From Camelus ferus (taxonomy: Eukaryota), in contig NC_045697.1 in the NCBI RefSeq assembly GCF_009834535.1, positions 15,192,001 through 15,256,000 of the forward strand: 64,000 nt of DNA. The letters are read 5' to 3'. The notes beneath the pieces were generated by a model. It was given only the letters and a program-made list of their open reading frames with translations, was not told the origin of the DNA and searched no databases. The position numbers and the translations under genes were made by a program. Of the stretch, positions 1-13,507 are shown one piece after another; within the stretch, counting starts at the first letter, position 1, and each line of letters begins with the position of its first letter.

Positions 1-561
1 TCAAGTTGCCTTCATAGATAACTGTATTAAGCTAAACAATGGTTTAGAAAGAGAAAACTATTAAGTAAATAATAGGGTAGGTGGTGTGTGTAACCGGCAA
101 TAATCGTGGAAGCGGTCATGAATGACCAAAGGTTGGGACACTCATTACTTGGAGAACAAGCAGGACAGGAGGTCAGGATCAAGAGTGAGGAGCAAGGCTG
201 GGGGTTGTGGGGAAGGTCTTGATTTGATGGCTGGGCTGGGGCCAGCAGAAGGAAGAGCAAGGACTCTCTTCCTGAGGGAACTCAGTTGTGACTTCACTAG
301 CTACAGACATGGAGTGTATCTGAAGGTTTACCTACTGCTTTAAGTTTGTGGAGGAGAATCCTTGATTATAGAGGGCCATGACTTATGAAATTATCCACTG
401 GATTTCAACTTACAGTAATGAGAAGCAACCATAGTTTCTGAAACCTAGAAAACTGGATATGACAGTTAAGGGCATTATTCTAAATGCTACGAGTACGTGA
501 AAGAAATTTGCAAAGAATTCTTTGGCTCAGAGTCAACAGCTGTGAGAGGGAAACTTGTTAC

Positions 562-676
562 CTTACATGTTTGGAAGCAGAAATTTTCCATTCCTGAGAA
601 GCAAATTGAAGGGGGGATGGCCAGTGGTAGGGTTGTACCTTTGTACCTTTAAGGTAACAAAGCATAAAATGGGCTC
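562..676 (-). pseudogene. TRPM-like exon: post-TRP-box segment
   Basis: Acceptor tttttttcAG in phase 2, donor AAG|GTAACA; RSPFYALLP* (cf. LPPPFILL). Confidence 0.5.
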
Positions 677-901
677 CTGAAAAAAATCTACACCAAATAT
701 AAATGGAAATCTGTAAATCCAGTATATATAAAATGGTATCAGTTCTTCTGCAGGAAGTACCATGGGACTTACCCAACAATGTTATGGTCTCCTAAAAAAA
801 AAAGTAGTTTATTCAATAATGGAAAAAAACAAATAAACAAAAAAAAGTACAATTCCTAACTTATAATTTTAAAAGTTGGAGAAAAATAAAATCAGTACTA
901 C

Positions 902-999
902 CTGAATCTTTCCTTTATGTAAAAACATTTAATCATATAAAATCTCTCTGTACAAATTGTCTTCCAGGCCTGAGCTCAATCTCTACGCAAACTAAAAAC
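902..999 (-). pseudogene. TRPM-like exon: TRP helix
   Basis: Acceptor tattttcAG, donor CAG|GTAGTA; 98 nt (one-base deletion from 99); CVEIE/AQAWKTICTERFYMIKCFYIKERF (cf. [27 protein letters not shown]). Confidence 0.6.
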
Positions 1000-1362
1000 C
1001 TGAAAATATACCAGAGGGGAAGATAGCATTTATGCGATGCCCCCAGATTTTACTTAACTTTATTCTATGTCAAGAGCCACAGGCATTAGTGGCTGACTGA
1101 ATGGGTCTCTTTTAGATCAGTTGTTTCGTGTCATGGAAACATGCACCTGTGAGCCTCGGCGACCCCTGTGCGGTGTCTGAGTGGAGAGAGAACTCCAACA
1201 AAAAGGATGCTCAAAATGCTGACTGTGGCCCTCTGTGGAGGCTCTTAGCCTCGAACTCTGGGGGAGGTTCCTGGAATATGAGACTGAGTGCTGATCCCAA
1301 TTTCCCTTCCTCTCTCCAGCAAAACTCAGGATGACTGTCAAGTACTCCAAGCAAACGGGGCA

Positions 1363-1757
1363 GTGTCTGAATTTCGCCCCCCGCCCCATTCATACTTGAA
1401 GGCCCAACCCCTAGGACCTCAGAATGTGACTGCGTTTGGAGGCAGTGCTTTTAAGGAGATAGCTACATCAAAATGAGGCATTCGGACGGGCCCTAGTCCA
1501 TTCTGACTGGCGTCCTTATGGATAATTAGGACACTCAGGTAAGGCACCAGGGATGCTCGAGCACGGAGGAAAGGCCATGTGAGGACACAGGGACAAGGCC
1601 TCCATCTGCAAGCCAAGGGGAGAGGCCTCGGAAGACATCAAGCCTACTGACACCTTGGCCTTGGACTTCCAGCTTCCATGACTGGGACAAAAACTTCCTG
1701 TTCCTAAGCCACCCAGCCTGCGGTGTGCTGTTACGGCAGGCCTGGCAAACCAATACA
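1363..1757 (+). mobile_element. MLT1A/B-type MaLR solo LTR
   Basis: Typical cctcagaatgtgact...ccttggacttccagc...aagccacccag...aaccaataca structure. Confidence 0.8.
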
Positions 1758-3159
1758 GTCCTTGAGGGAAAGCCTGCTTCTGGCCGGCTCTGAGCAATGC
1801 TCATGAAATAATGTGATGCCGTTATAGAACCTCGGCTGTCAGGATGGAACAAGTTCAAAAACAAACGGGTTCCTTAGGATTTGGTCAACGTAAGTGAAAA
1901 TTCCAGATAAGCTTCAAATACGCTCCCCACGTGAATTGTTTTGGATGCCACATACTTGTGTACATTCTATAGAATATGTATTTTATGTTGCTTTCTGTTT
2001 CCTCTAAAGCAGGTGAATAAAAAGAGATGGAAGCACAAAGTGCATAATCTCTAGTAAATTCTGCAAGAATTTACTTTTCTTAAAAAAAAGTAAAAACCCA
2101 ACACACACGAACATCTCTATGGTTTAGTTCCTAGGTGGTGTAACATTAAAATATTTTAAACCAAGTTTTATTCTTTACTCCCACTTCTCAAAGGACGTCA
2201 AGAGACTTGGTTTGTGTCACCTGGAACAAGCTCCATGAACCCATTTTTTTTCTCTTCCCCAATTATCTGTCATACAAGTTCTCTGGAGGCTTTCACTCTC
2301 TGGAAAGCTAGTAAATTATGAAGCTGAGGAATGCACTCTTAGAGAAAACGAGCCAGTTTTAAAAGCTGCAGTTTTTGAAAGGAAGTAACCATCTCTAAGC
2401 AACTGACTATACGTGGATGGGGCTCTTACTTTTTAAATAATAAATCTATATCTACTAGTCAATGATAATGACATTATCATTACAACATGGGTTGGGAATA
2501 TTCTTTTTTTATGTGTGAATAATAAACAATCAAAGTGTGATTATGTGGCTGATGTTTTTAGCAATGATTTAACTCTGTGGTTTGCGAGTGGCAGAATCAT
2601 ATATTCCGGAAAAGCCCCAAAGTGTGTGGACATGTCACCCTCTAGGTGATGGGGTGACCTATTGTAAAATAATAGGCAAACTGAGAAGTTTTTATCAGTA
2701 ATTGATGCCTATCATGCTCCCCTTAGACTGAATTCCTCTGACATTGACAAAGTTTCCACACACTCTGAGCAAAGAGCTCCATTTTTATTCTGAATGAAGA
2801 TACTGTAGTGTTTCCTCCAATCGCTGGTCGCAGAGACCATCTGTCTTCCCATCTTCTCAACAGCCTCCTTTGATCGACACTACCCAGAATTATATTACTG
2901 CCCCATCTTTGCTTGCTACCTCATTCCTTTCTCAAAAAGATTTGCTCATTCTACTTGGTCTGTTTGCTTTTCTTATACAATATTTATATCCTATGGTTTT
3001 ATATTTCTTATGATGTAGTCGTTCTTCCCGGAGATTTCCACATTTGAGTGTTTACAACTTTCTCTGCAACCCTATCAGAGTTTCATAACTGTATTTGGTT
3101 TTCATCTTACTTCGTTTCTATTGGGTTACAGTCTGAGCACTATGATTATTTATCCTTAC

Positions 3160-3244
3160 CTGAACTTCAAATTGTACACCAAGAGAAATATGTAACAGTA
3201 AGACAAGGCATATATTGATTTCTGATTCTTAGAATGAACTGAAA
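3160..3244 (-). pseudogene. TRPM-like exon: S6
   Basis: Acceptor tttcttcAG (alternative 6 nt downstream), donor TTCAG|GTAAGG in phase 2; SIYALSYCYIFLLVYNLKF is a hydrophobic helix. Confidence 0.55.
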
Positions 3245-4268
3245 CTGAAGAAACTAACTAACAGCAATAGTTGAGATGAGCACTCGTTTCACGTGATCCT
3301 CTGGTAAGGCTCCCACACACACTCCTCATATCATCACTACGCGTATGAGGTTAATGCAGACGAAGCAATAGATACTGTAAGAGGAAGGGTAGTGTCAGGA
3401 TAAAAAGCAGGATTTTATGATGTAAGGATATAAATCTTGTTTCAGGAGAGGGATATTTATAGACTCTCCTCTGCTCCTGGCCCACCAAAAAGTATCTTGT
3501 AGTTGTAATTCTTTCCCTCCTTTTCAGATGCTGCACTTGGCTACATAAAATATGAAAAAATAGACACATTATACACACGTGATCACTTCTAACTCTAGCA
3601 AATAAGGTACAGACATACAAAAACATTGCAGACGTATACGTGTGTAAGATTTGGGCATATGTCTTATATACACTGAAGATTAAAAATAAAAATCCCAAAT
3701 ATTTTATTATCCAAAAATAAAAAGCCATTCTTTTAGCTACTATCCAAGCAGTGAGAGAGGGGAAAAAATGGGCCCTTTGGGCAATGTACTTTAAAAGTAA
3801 AGAAAAATCAACTTTCAATGGCCTCTGAATATGTATAGCTGACACTAAGTTTCAATCTCACATTTGTGCTTTCCTCAAAAACTAACTGAATGCCCTGTAT
3901 TGCTTATGCTTAGAATGTATATGAAACAAGCCATCAGGGTGGACAAAAGTGATTCTGCTTCAAAATAATCAGTTCTTTAAGTGGGTTAAAAACTGCTAGT
4001 ATATTTGACTTAGTTATCTGGTCTATGAAGACTTTTCGTCCACACATGATAAATTTCTCCTCTCTTCCAATCTTTGACAACACTATCAAAAAGTTCTAAT
4101 TAGTGGACTATAAGCTGACATCTTTCTAGAAGAGAGACTGATTTTATATAACAATTTATCAAAAAAAAAACACCTGTTATTGCAAAATGTTATAGTCCTG
4201 AAAGCATGAATATACCAAGAGCCTATTTAGTACATTAATGATACACTGTCAGTCATGAGGATAGGAGA

Positions 4269-4472
4269 CATTTACCAAGTTCTTCCTACAGACCAGGCGC
4301 TGTGCTAAGCGATTTCCAAGAATAATTCTCTGTGGCATTCACAACAGTCTAATGCTAAGTCACCACACTGTCCTTCTTTTACAGATGGAGCAACTGAGAT
4401 TTAAAGAGGTAAAGTAATTCGGTCAAGGTCTTATTTTTAGTAAATGGCAGAGCCAGGAATTGAATCCAGGAA
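4269..4472 (-). mobile_element. MIR SINE
   Basis: Core tttacagatggagcaactgag..aaggtc..ggcagagccaggaattgaatccagg. Confidence 0.75.
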
Positions 4473-4624
4473 TGGATAATGCCAAATTCCACACGCTTAA
4501 AGTTTTTTATATTTTCCTAAAATTGCAGAACACTTCCCCAAATGCTCATCAAGGCTTACTTTATTTGCTTTGATATCTTTAATATTAATACTGGTTAAGA
4601 GTGATGTTCCAGAGTAAAAAGGAG

Positions 4625-4750
4625 GGGGAGGGTACAGCTCAGTGGTAGACTGCAGGCTTATTAGCAAGCATGAGGCCCCAGGTTCAATCCCCAGAACCTC
4701 TATTAAAATCAACCCATCAATCAAGTTACCTCCCCACCCCTCCACGAAAA
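4625..4750 (+). mobile_element. tRNA-derived SINE, camelid Vic-1-like
   Basis: ggggagggtacagctcagtggtaga (A box) ... ggttcaatcccc (B box) ... ttacctcccc tail. Confidence 0.75.
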
Positions 4751-5105
4751 GAGGACAGAGGAAACGTTACATAACACTTGACTGTAAGAGGAAGGGGCAG
4801 GGCTAACAAAATAGCACAACAGCAGCATTCACTTAAATTTTAATTCTCAAATTGCTCAGCGATCTCCCTAGTAAAGAGGTGAACTTTGACTTCAACATGT
4901 TAAAAATAGGACAGTAAATAAAGTTGGATGGGCCCAGTACAAAGGAGGTGACGAAGTGGAGACAGTATAAGGCACAATTCAATGTCCAGGCCCTTAGAAC
5001 ACCACTGAAGACTTTTGAACACTGAAATTTTGAGTATGATTCATATATCATATATCCACCACGTGGCAGAAGTGATTAGGCTCCCTCCCTTCCTTCTCTC
5101 TAGAA

Positions 5106-5323
5106 CAGACATCAGCAAATACAATCTAGGGGCTAAATTCAACATGCTGCCTCTTTTTGCAAATAAATGTTATTGGAACATAGCCATGCCCACTCACTTA
5201 CCTATCATCTGTCTGCTTTCATCCTACCAGGAGAGGGTTGACCAGTTGTGACAGGGACTGTATGACCACAAAGGTCTAAAACATTTACCATCTAGCTTCC
5301 TACAAAAAAACTTGCCAACCCTT
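5106..5323. mobile_element. MER58A-like hAT-Charlie MITE
   Basis: aaataaatgttattggaacatagccatgcccact...aaacttgccaaccc. Confidence 0.7.
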
Positions 5324-5927
5324 CAGTTATAACACCTACCAAAGCGACCGAACACGGATCTAAAGCCATATGCATTTGGAAAGATGACTTCTATGAAGAC
5401 ACAATCCCATTCTTCCCCTGGTTTCTTTCTTCCAATCCTTCCCTTTCCTAAATATAAAAGTGATTATCAATTTCTTTATTAACACACAAACATACACAAA
5501 CATGCAAATTACAAACACTGGATCTGAGAGTACAAAGATGAATCAGACAGAGTACATGTCATCAAGAAACATTCTGTAAGGAAAGACAAGCATTTCAGCA
5601 AACAATTAAAATGCAATGCTAAACCCAGCAAGAGATATCAGAACAAATCTCTGAGGGAACTTGTGCCTGGGGTGGAAAATCCTGTCCCACAGTCTGAGGA
5701 GTAATTTACCTTGTGACAAGCCTTCCATTTTCAGTGACTAAAATTGGACTTGATATGCTATAATTTGAGAATCTGGTACCAAAAGGCTTGGACCATGCCA
5801 TTGCCCAGATATTGGCAATATACAGTTACAAAGAGAAGGAACCTCAGAATGGGATATTCTTCAGTGTCTTTATATCCTGTTCTACATCGTGGGCAATTTT
5901 GCACGTTTGCTACTTTGTAATATTTAC

Positions 5928-5996
5928 ATAAGTGGTATGTCGTCTTCTTGGTCCTCCAAACAAGAAGTTATAAGTCGGTGTCATTCTGTCAAACAT
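5928..5996 (-). pseudogene. TRPM-like exon: pore helix / selectivity filter
   Basis: Branch point-like CCTAAT plus tccttcatctcttctacaccCAG acceptor after a 78-nt intron, donor TAT|GTAAAT; MFDRMTPTYNFLFGG (cf. FRGAVYHSYLTIFGQ). Confidence 0.65.
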
Positions 5997-6074
5997 CTGG
6001 GTGTAGAAGAGATGAAGGAATTAGGTCGTCTCATCTCAGGACAGAGCACGGCAGCTTTAGAACTCTGTTCTTAC

Positions 6075-6176
6075 ATCTCCAGATTTCAGCTTCCTTTTTA
6101 CTTTTCGCCTCTGAAGACTCGCTTGCATTCTTGCCAGCCCAGCAGTGCATTTGAAAAGCTACTCCACATATGTTAT
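6075..6176 (-). pseudogene. TRPM-like exon: S5 (5' boundary uncertain)
   Basis: Donor T|GTAAGA; ITY/GVAFQ/ALL across two frameshifts (cf. VAYGVTTQALL, SFGVARQAIL). Confidence 0.55.
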
Positions 6177-6612
6177 CTAGTAGTTTTAATTGTCTTGCAG
6201 TAGAGGTTCTTTATGGAACAGACTAAAAAGCTTCCCTTTTCTACTCAGTTTGAACAAGAATTTGCATTAAAGATAATCTCTACAGCACAAATCTGTGACA
6301 GCTGAGCTTAGACAAAACTCCTGAGCCTTCTCCAATCTCTCAACTAGAAATGAGTTGCTTCCCCCTGAAAGTGTTCATTCTCCTAGCTCGTTAATAAAAT
6401 TATGTATCAATGATGAGATTATTTAAATCAGGAGATTTACTATATTAATCTTAGACCACTAGGAATTTTGGCTATGCTATGTCTGTAACTGACAACTCTT
6501 ATTGTTGGTTTTAATGTTTTCAACTAAAGATTTGCTATAATGCATTTCTTATATATAATCTTCCCTTTAGATTTATATTTGGTTTAAGAATGTTTAGCAA
6601 AAGGGCCTTTAC

Positions 6613-6697
6613 CATCATTTTCTTTCCTTCACTGGCCAAAGCAAGGATTACAATATTAACCAGATTAGATCAATTAAATACTATGAAGTTACCATTT
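6613..6697 (-). pseudogene. TRPM-like exon: S4 and S4-S5 linker
   Basis: Acceptor gtgttttctttAG, donor ATG|GTAAAG; NFIVF...CNPCFG...KKMM (cf. TRPM4 DFMVF..VNKQLGP..SKMM); stops and frameshifts. Confidence 0.6.
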
Positions 6698-8950
6698 CTA
6701 AAGAAAACACACACATACAAACAAATAAAACAGAGATTTTTCAAGGCAAAATACTTTCAAATAAAATAGAAATTGACAATCAAAAGAAGTAAATGAATTA
6801 TTTGCCCTAAGCCAACAAACCACTCCCCAAATTCTCTGTTTTCAATGAATGGTTTTTACTTTCATCATTGTTCACATAATGATCTAAAAAATAAATAAAT
6901 AAGTAAACCAGTAATAAAGCAGGGCCTAGAGGAATTGAAGGAAAAATTCAATACTGTTTACTTTAATATAGAACTCCTCATACAAATCTTTCCCAAAATA
7001 AATTGCAGACAGAGCTGAATACAATATACTCCCAAACGTTACACGCACATTGTGATGGAGGACATAAACCCTCCTTGATGCCTCAGGTAATCAAGCATTA
7101 TACAGCTTCTAAAAGGAATTCCAGCAATAACATTTGCCAACATTTCTCATAAGAAACCTCTCCTGCTTTCTTTAGTCCACCTGGGGCAAACCCTTCATTG
7201 CATTCATTCTCTGAAATAGTTACTTGGCAAAGCAGTGTGCGAGATTCTTTCAAAGACACCCTCTCGCTGATTTCTCAGAAAAACCCAGAGAAGTGTTATG
7301 TCCATTTTATGGGAAGCCGAGGTGCAGAGAAGTTTATGCATTTTCCTCAGATGATCTAACTAGTAAGTGGAAAAGACTATATTCTAACACAGATTTTTGC
7401 AACTTCACTTTTACCATTACATTGATAATAGAAAGTATTCTGACATGCAAAATCTAGTTTTAACTTATCAGAAAATAAATATATGTAACCGAGGTTAAAA
7501 AAAAGGAAACCTCTAGAGTTGGTAGATAAACGTGCAGTGGTAGGTACATAATAGCAAGGAGGAGGGAAGAGCAAGTTTGTAAGTGAACTGGAAAATGAGG
7601 CCAGTGACCACCTGCTATTTCCCAAAAGCGATTTTTATTTTGTGTCTGGGGTAAGAGAGGGAAGGGGCAGGAAATTAGGTGAGTGGCTACAGAAACTGTG
7701 CAATGAAATGATGAAGCCCCTAGGAAGAGACGTGTGGCCAGAGTGATAAAGCACATCTGTCTGGACACCTCTGGAGAGTGGGGACAACTGGCACAGGAAG
7801 GGTGGTGTTCTGCAGCTGTGCGACACGAGGATGCAGACGCTGGCCTGGGGAGCAGAGCCCTCGCAGACACACTTGTGACGAGACACCACTCTTAACAGCT
7901 ATACAGAGACATCAGGAATGAAAGGGGAGGTGGGGAGAACAGAGAACACAAACAGAATTCAAGGCACTAAAAAGCATATTTCAGGTGGAGTGGGTAGAGT
8001 ACAAAAGAGGCCACAACCCTGAATTTTTCATGGGGGAGAGAATGTTTAGTTAAGTGGGAATTGATTTTACTCTAATTTTTTTGTAATTCCATGCTACGAA
8101 GACCTAAGGATATCTATTTATGTTACAAATCAAAATGACAGCATTTGTCCACTGTGTCCAAAATGCCAAAACCTATGACTTTCTTCATTAATAAATATTT
8201 CTTTTTTCAATGTTTTAGCATTTACTGTGACTAGTATTTATTATCTGGGATATTTAGTATTTAACATAGTTTTACATGTCTTATCTCATGTATTTTTTTG
8301 AGAGTGTTAGACAAGCAGTGGTATTACTCTCATTTTATAAGAAACCGAGGTTGAGAGTCTATCACTGCCTCCCTAATGGTGCCCATCAGACTGGAGGACA
8401 TCTTTTTTTGGTTTTGCTTTCCCAAATAAAGGTTAATACCTATGAGGTAGTCAGGATATATAATTTTTAATCCCATAGTCTCAATAAAATAAAGGCAAAG
8501 AAACAATAAATTATTTAAAGAAACATACATAAAGATAGAAACAGAACTGAGACTAAAACTAGGTTTTCTGACTCCCCAACCATACTCTGCAGTATAAAAC
8601 AATCATTCACTGTTATTTATCTTCAATATCTAGCAGAGGACATGGGAATTAATCACTCTGAAAATGTTTCTGAATGAAGATACAAGTTGAATGGATAAAT
8701 GAAAGGATGACTCATTAATTTAAAAAAAAATTAGAGACCCAATTCTAATGAAATCTAAGAGAAAGAGATGGTTTTCATACATACAATTACATTTCCTCAA
8801 CCTCATCTCCTCTCTCCGACTTCCATCCTCACCTCTACTTCCAGAATAATAACCCATTCCTGTTCAGGGGAATCTGAGAGAGTTAGATTTTAAATGACTG
8901 ATCTTAGAATTAAAATTTTAAAAAAAGCTTTAAACGTGATTGATTATCAC

Positions 8951-9053
8951 AACATGATGCTATATTTCAAGACAGCATCTCTGTTTGCTGCACTCCAATC
9001 CACGAATCTGTTTGGAAATTCTCCTAGCTCCACGTCTTCCCCTTGATTTCATT
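8951..9053 (-). pseudogene. TRPM-like exon: long S3-S4 loop; acceptor mutated
   Basis: Pyrimidine tract ending tatAA (AG>AA), donor TT|GTGATA; NEIKG(1-nt deletion)EDVELGEFPNRFVDWSAANRDAVLKYSIML; 103+1 nt restores phases 0 to 2. Confidence 0.45.
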
Positions 9054-9179
9054 TTATAATACAAAGAAGGGTTGAAAGTAAAAGGAAGAAAGACCTGCTC
9101 CAGAATGCAGAGGATGTGAGATGTAGCTGTGATATTTAGCAGTTTATGACATTAGTAAAGTCAATAAATGCAGCATTCA

Positions 9180-9850
9180 TCAAGTCAATAACAGACACCG
9201 CACCATCTCTTTAGTTGCCCAGGCCAGAATACCTCCCTCTCCCTCACAGCACCCTGCTCCGGACCCATGACCCAGTGCTACTTCGTTTAACAAGAAAGTT
9301 CATCCAAAACAAGTCTACATCTCTCCACCTTTACCTCCTCTGTCATAAGCCACACTTTCTTTATTTCTTACTTGAAGAAGCCTCCTAACCAGCTTCCCTG
9401 CATCCACTGTGAATTCTCTCCAATGTCTTCTTCAGACAACATCCAAAAATGTTTGCACAATCACTAACATCATTATCCTCCTCAAGACCCTTCAATGGTT
9501 TTCTTTGGAAGAAAGGCCTAAATACTCAACACAGAATCTCTAAGCGCGCCCCGCCGACTCCTCCAGGCCATTTGTTCCTACTAGTCTTCGCCCAGGTCTC
9601 AAGTTCTTGCCTGGGACCCTTCACACCTGCCCCTTATTATCCTTCTCACCTCTCAGCTCAAGGGACATTTCCTCAGTGAAGCTTCCAGACCCCTGCTGCA
9701 CATCCAGCCAAATTCCTTTCTGCAAAGCATCAATTTCATCGGCAACTATCCACTAATTAGCAAACTGCTATTAACGTCTGTCTCACTGACAAGAATGAAA
9801 ACTCCGTATGAGCTGAGACAACACCTGTTTTACCTCCAGCACTGATGCCA
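9180..9850. mobile_element. L2 LINE fragment
   Basis: Degenerate pyrimidine-rich L2 3' motifs (agcctcctaacc..., ccttcaatgg..., cagctcaagggacatttcctcag). Confidence 0.5.
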
Positions 9851-9889
9851 GTGCCCACCCACCCCCAGCCAACGACCCCGAGGGATAGA

Positions 9890-10430
9890 TCAGTGTCTGG
9901 CAAAGTCAGACTGAGTGGCTCACTGCAGGGAAAGAGACAGCGACCATGTGGAACCCTGGGTGTGGGCGTCCCAGGAGAGGGTGAGATGCGCAGCTCGTTA
10001 TAAAATTTGGGTTTGTGTTGGGTGATCTGTGGAAGAGTCGAGAAAAGGTGATTTTGCTCTGGATTGGGTGCTGTTAGAAAGTAAGGGCAATTCGATGGCT
10101 GGATATGCGAACTGTTTTTATTTAGGAGGCAAGAGTGGCAATTTGGAAGTTAAAGCTGTAACTGGTAAAGAAACACCAGTGCCCCATTAGCTGGGAGACA
10201 GGCATGCTTGGCCATTTTTGTGCTTTGGGTTGTGCTATTTTATTTTGTCATCAGACATGATCATGCAGTGGTCTTGTTTTTGACTCACTCCATCATGATC
10301 ACACAGTGACTCTGTGTGATGTAGGTACTTTGCGAAATTGGGGCTGCATGCTCAACGGGTAAACGTCATCAACTTGTTGTTACAGCCAGACTAGCTCAGC
10401 CGACAGGAGTGGGGTTATTTTGTTTTCTGT
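9890..10430. mobile_element. Old LTR-like element, family unassigned
   Basis: Compositional shift interrupting the L2; resembles ERV LTR sequence. Confidence 0.3.
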
Positions 10431-10882
10431 TTTTTTTTTTTTTTTTTAATTCTAATAACTGACACTGTGGTTTGGATGTAGAAGTTGCTCAACAAGTAAG
10501 TGCTGAAAAAATAAATGAATAAATTCAGGCTTTCTGAACTTCAATAGTCTCACATTTTGGGGAATAATATTTCACTGGCCAAAAACAGACAAGAGGATAA
10601 CTTTAGCCTCCTGCCACTTTAAAACCCTATGACTCTAAAGACTTTCAAAATTTATTTTCATATCCTTATGACAACATATGTAAAAGCACCCAGGTTTTAT
10701 AGGAAAAGAAGCTAAATAATAGAATTTTGTGACTTGATAAAGACTTTATTATCTCTACCACAGTAGCACTTACTTTTTTTTATCACAAATATTAAAAGTG
10801 ACTTTATTATTTTATGTTACATTTTTTTCAAGATTAAAACTTCAAATTTCTTTTTTTAATAATTGAACTATAGAGCACTTAC

Positions 10883-10995
10883 TTTCTTAAACATATCATT
10901 TCATTCTTGCCCATTCGAACTCCATTCCATACACAAGTAAGCAATAAACTGAAAACTGAACTGCAGAAACCTAAGAACACATTTAGAATTTTCAC
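10883..10995 (-). pseudogene. TRPM-like exon: S3
   Basis: Strong acceptor ttccttcctctttattcAG and donor AA|GTAAGT; (S)ENSKCVLRFLQFSFQFIAYLCMEW is a hydrophobic segment, followed by an in-frame TGA. Confidence 0.6.
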
Positions 10996-11357
10996 CTGAA
11001 TAAAGAGGAAGGAATACAATTTAATGGAGAAGACAAGAGGCACAAATTTAAAATATTGTTTCACGGGCCTTAATCTCTGGTAGAGAGGAAAATCTCACTT
11101 TGAGGACCCTCCCACAGCGGTACGGTGGGCAGAGGAAGGAGCAGAGGCCAAGGCCTTCTGGACTTTCACGTGTCTTAATGGTTACAGTACTCAAACTGTT
11201 TGAATAATATATACTTAACAATGGGTGGATTTTCTGGTATGTAAATTATAGCTCAATAAAGCTGTTAAAAAAACAAAAGTTGATGGAACTCTAGATTTGT
11301 GGTTTACCTAACTTGGGTCCAAAGTTTTTCACCCTTTTCCCTGTAGTGTCACTCTTT

Positions 11358-11887
<530 letters not shown>

Positions 11888-13507
11888 TCACCCTTTAAAA
11901 AACACCTTTCATCCAGAACTTCTCTCTACTATCTGCCACCACAAAGCTTCCCCCTTTAGGGAGGTTTTTTGAGGAATATGGGAAGCAGAAAAACTCCTCC
12001 TTCCTGCCACACTGGATCCCAAGCCCTGAATGGTTAGCAAGCAAACTCCACCCCAGCCACCAAGACAGTGGACTTGGTGTCCATAGGCCCTGGGCTTGAA
12101 ATCCCAGCTCTAGAACTTCCTAGCTGAGCTGACAACTCACAGTCTTTAATATTCACCTATAAAATAACAGTGAAATCACCACTTCCTACGATGTTTTGAG
12201 CTTATGCTCAGTACATATAAAGGACATGATGCAGGGCATGGCAATTACTAAGCCCTCCATAACTGGCAGCTTCAGTACTAAGAATTAAGCATGAAGAAAT
12301 GAATGTGTTGAGAAGGTAGGTTATTAATGGGGCTGTTTTTCCTCCAGCGAGTTCTTCTTTTGTGCCAGATATATCAAGCTGTACCTTAGTTTTCTTCTGA
12401 CATACAGAAGAGGAAGTAAGAGACCAAGTTGGCCAGGAAAAAGCATAGCAGAAAAGAATTTTGCCCTGTTCTTCTTATGCCTAAATGTTACCAAAGTCTT
12501 ACACTTTGGCCTCTTTCTCAAATGAAGCTACAACAGAGGCTGTAGGTGGATATTTTCTTAGGCAGGACCCCACAAAAGTCGGGGTGGCAAAACAAAATAC
12601 CGATACTGCATCGTGAAACATCAGGGTGCTAAGTGGAGCTTTTTCAATTTTATTCAGTACAGTATAGCGTCTCACATGGTACTTCCTTCACTATTCCCCT
12701 AAAAAAAATTCTGTGTTCTTTCAGTTTGCCAGTAACAATTTTGTATTTCTCTGAAAGTTTCAATAATGGTATGTAGTTATTATATTAATGTTACTTACAT
12801 GCTCAGAAGTACAGAAAAGTGAGGAAATTGTACTTAAAATGTGTCCCCAGAGCCAGCACCAACTGCTTTTACGTAGAAGAATCTCTTTAAAATACATGCA
12901 AATGATGAAGATGATCAATTAATGTTTATCTGAGTTATATTCATTTGATAAATATGTACGGACCGCCTGTCATCTCAGGTACCCTATTCAGCACTGAGGA
13001 CACAGCTGTGAATAAATGCACAATAGTACTTTCTTTCTAGAAGTTCATGATGATTTAGACATTAAACAACTAATTATTTTTTAAAAATCAGAATTTGAAA
13101 CTGAAAGGAAGAACACATGAGAGGTATAAAATACACTGGGCTACGGCTTTTTATTTAACAGAGAGGAATAGGAAACTATAGATATGAAAAGACCAGTGTT
13201 TGTCCTGAAACAGACAACCTACACATCTCCATGACATTTACACTCACCTGACACCTTGTGTGTTACCAGATACCTGGCCACCTGAAATGGGAGTCCATGA
13301 GAGGAGCTGTTCTTTCCAGGGCAGCTTTCCATGCACATCAATAAATCACATTAAGATCTCTTATATAATTAGCACAGCTGGATGATTACTAATTAATTCA
13401 TCAACATCTTATTCTTTCTAGCAATACAGAGGAGATTCCCAGAAATCATGCTAAGAAACCATGGCTCCAGGTTGATGAGAACATTAAATAATAGCTCATA
13501 TCATTAC

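Noticed and set aside
332..408. Possible next C-terminal exon (donor TAG|GTAAAC)
   Set aside because: Ambiguous acceptor, in-frame stops and no recognisable motif.
3351..3845. Longest ORF in the track (164 aa)
   Set aside because: Non-ATG start, AT-rich intronic composition, no homology and no splice support.
4625..4700. tRNA-like A and B boxes
   Set aside because: These are a SINE head with a tail, not a tRNA gene; the same applies at 21409-21480.
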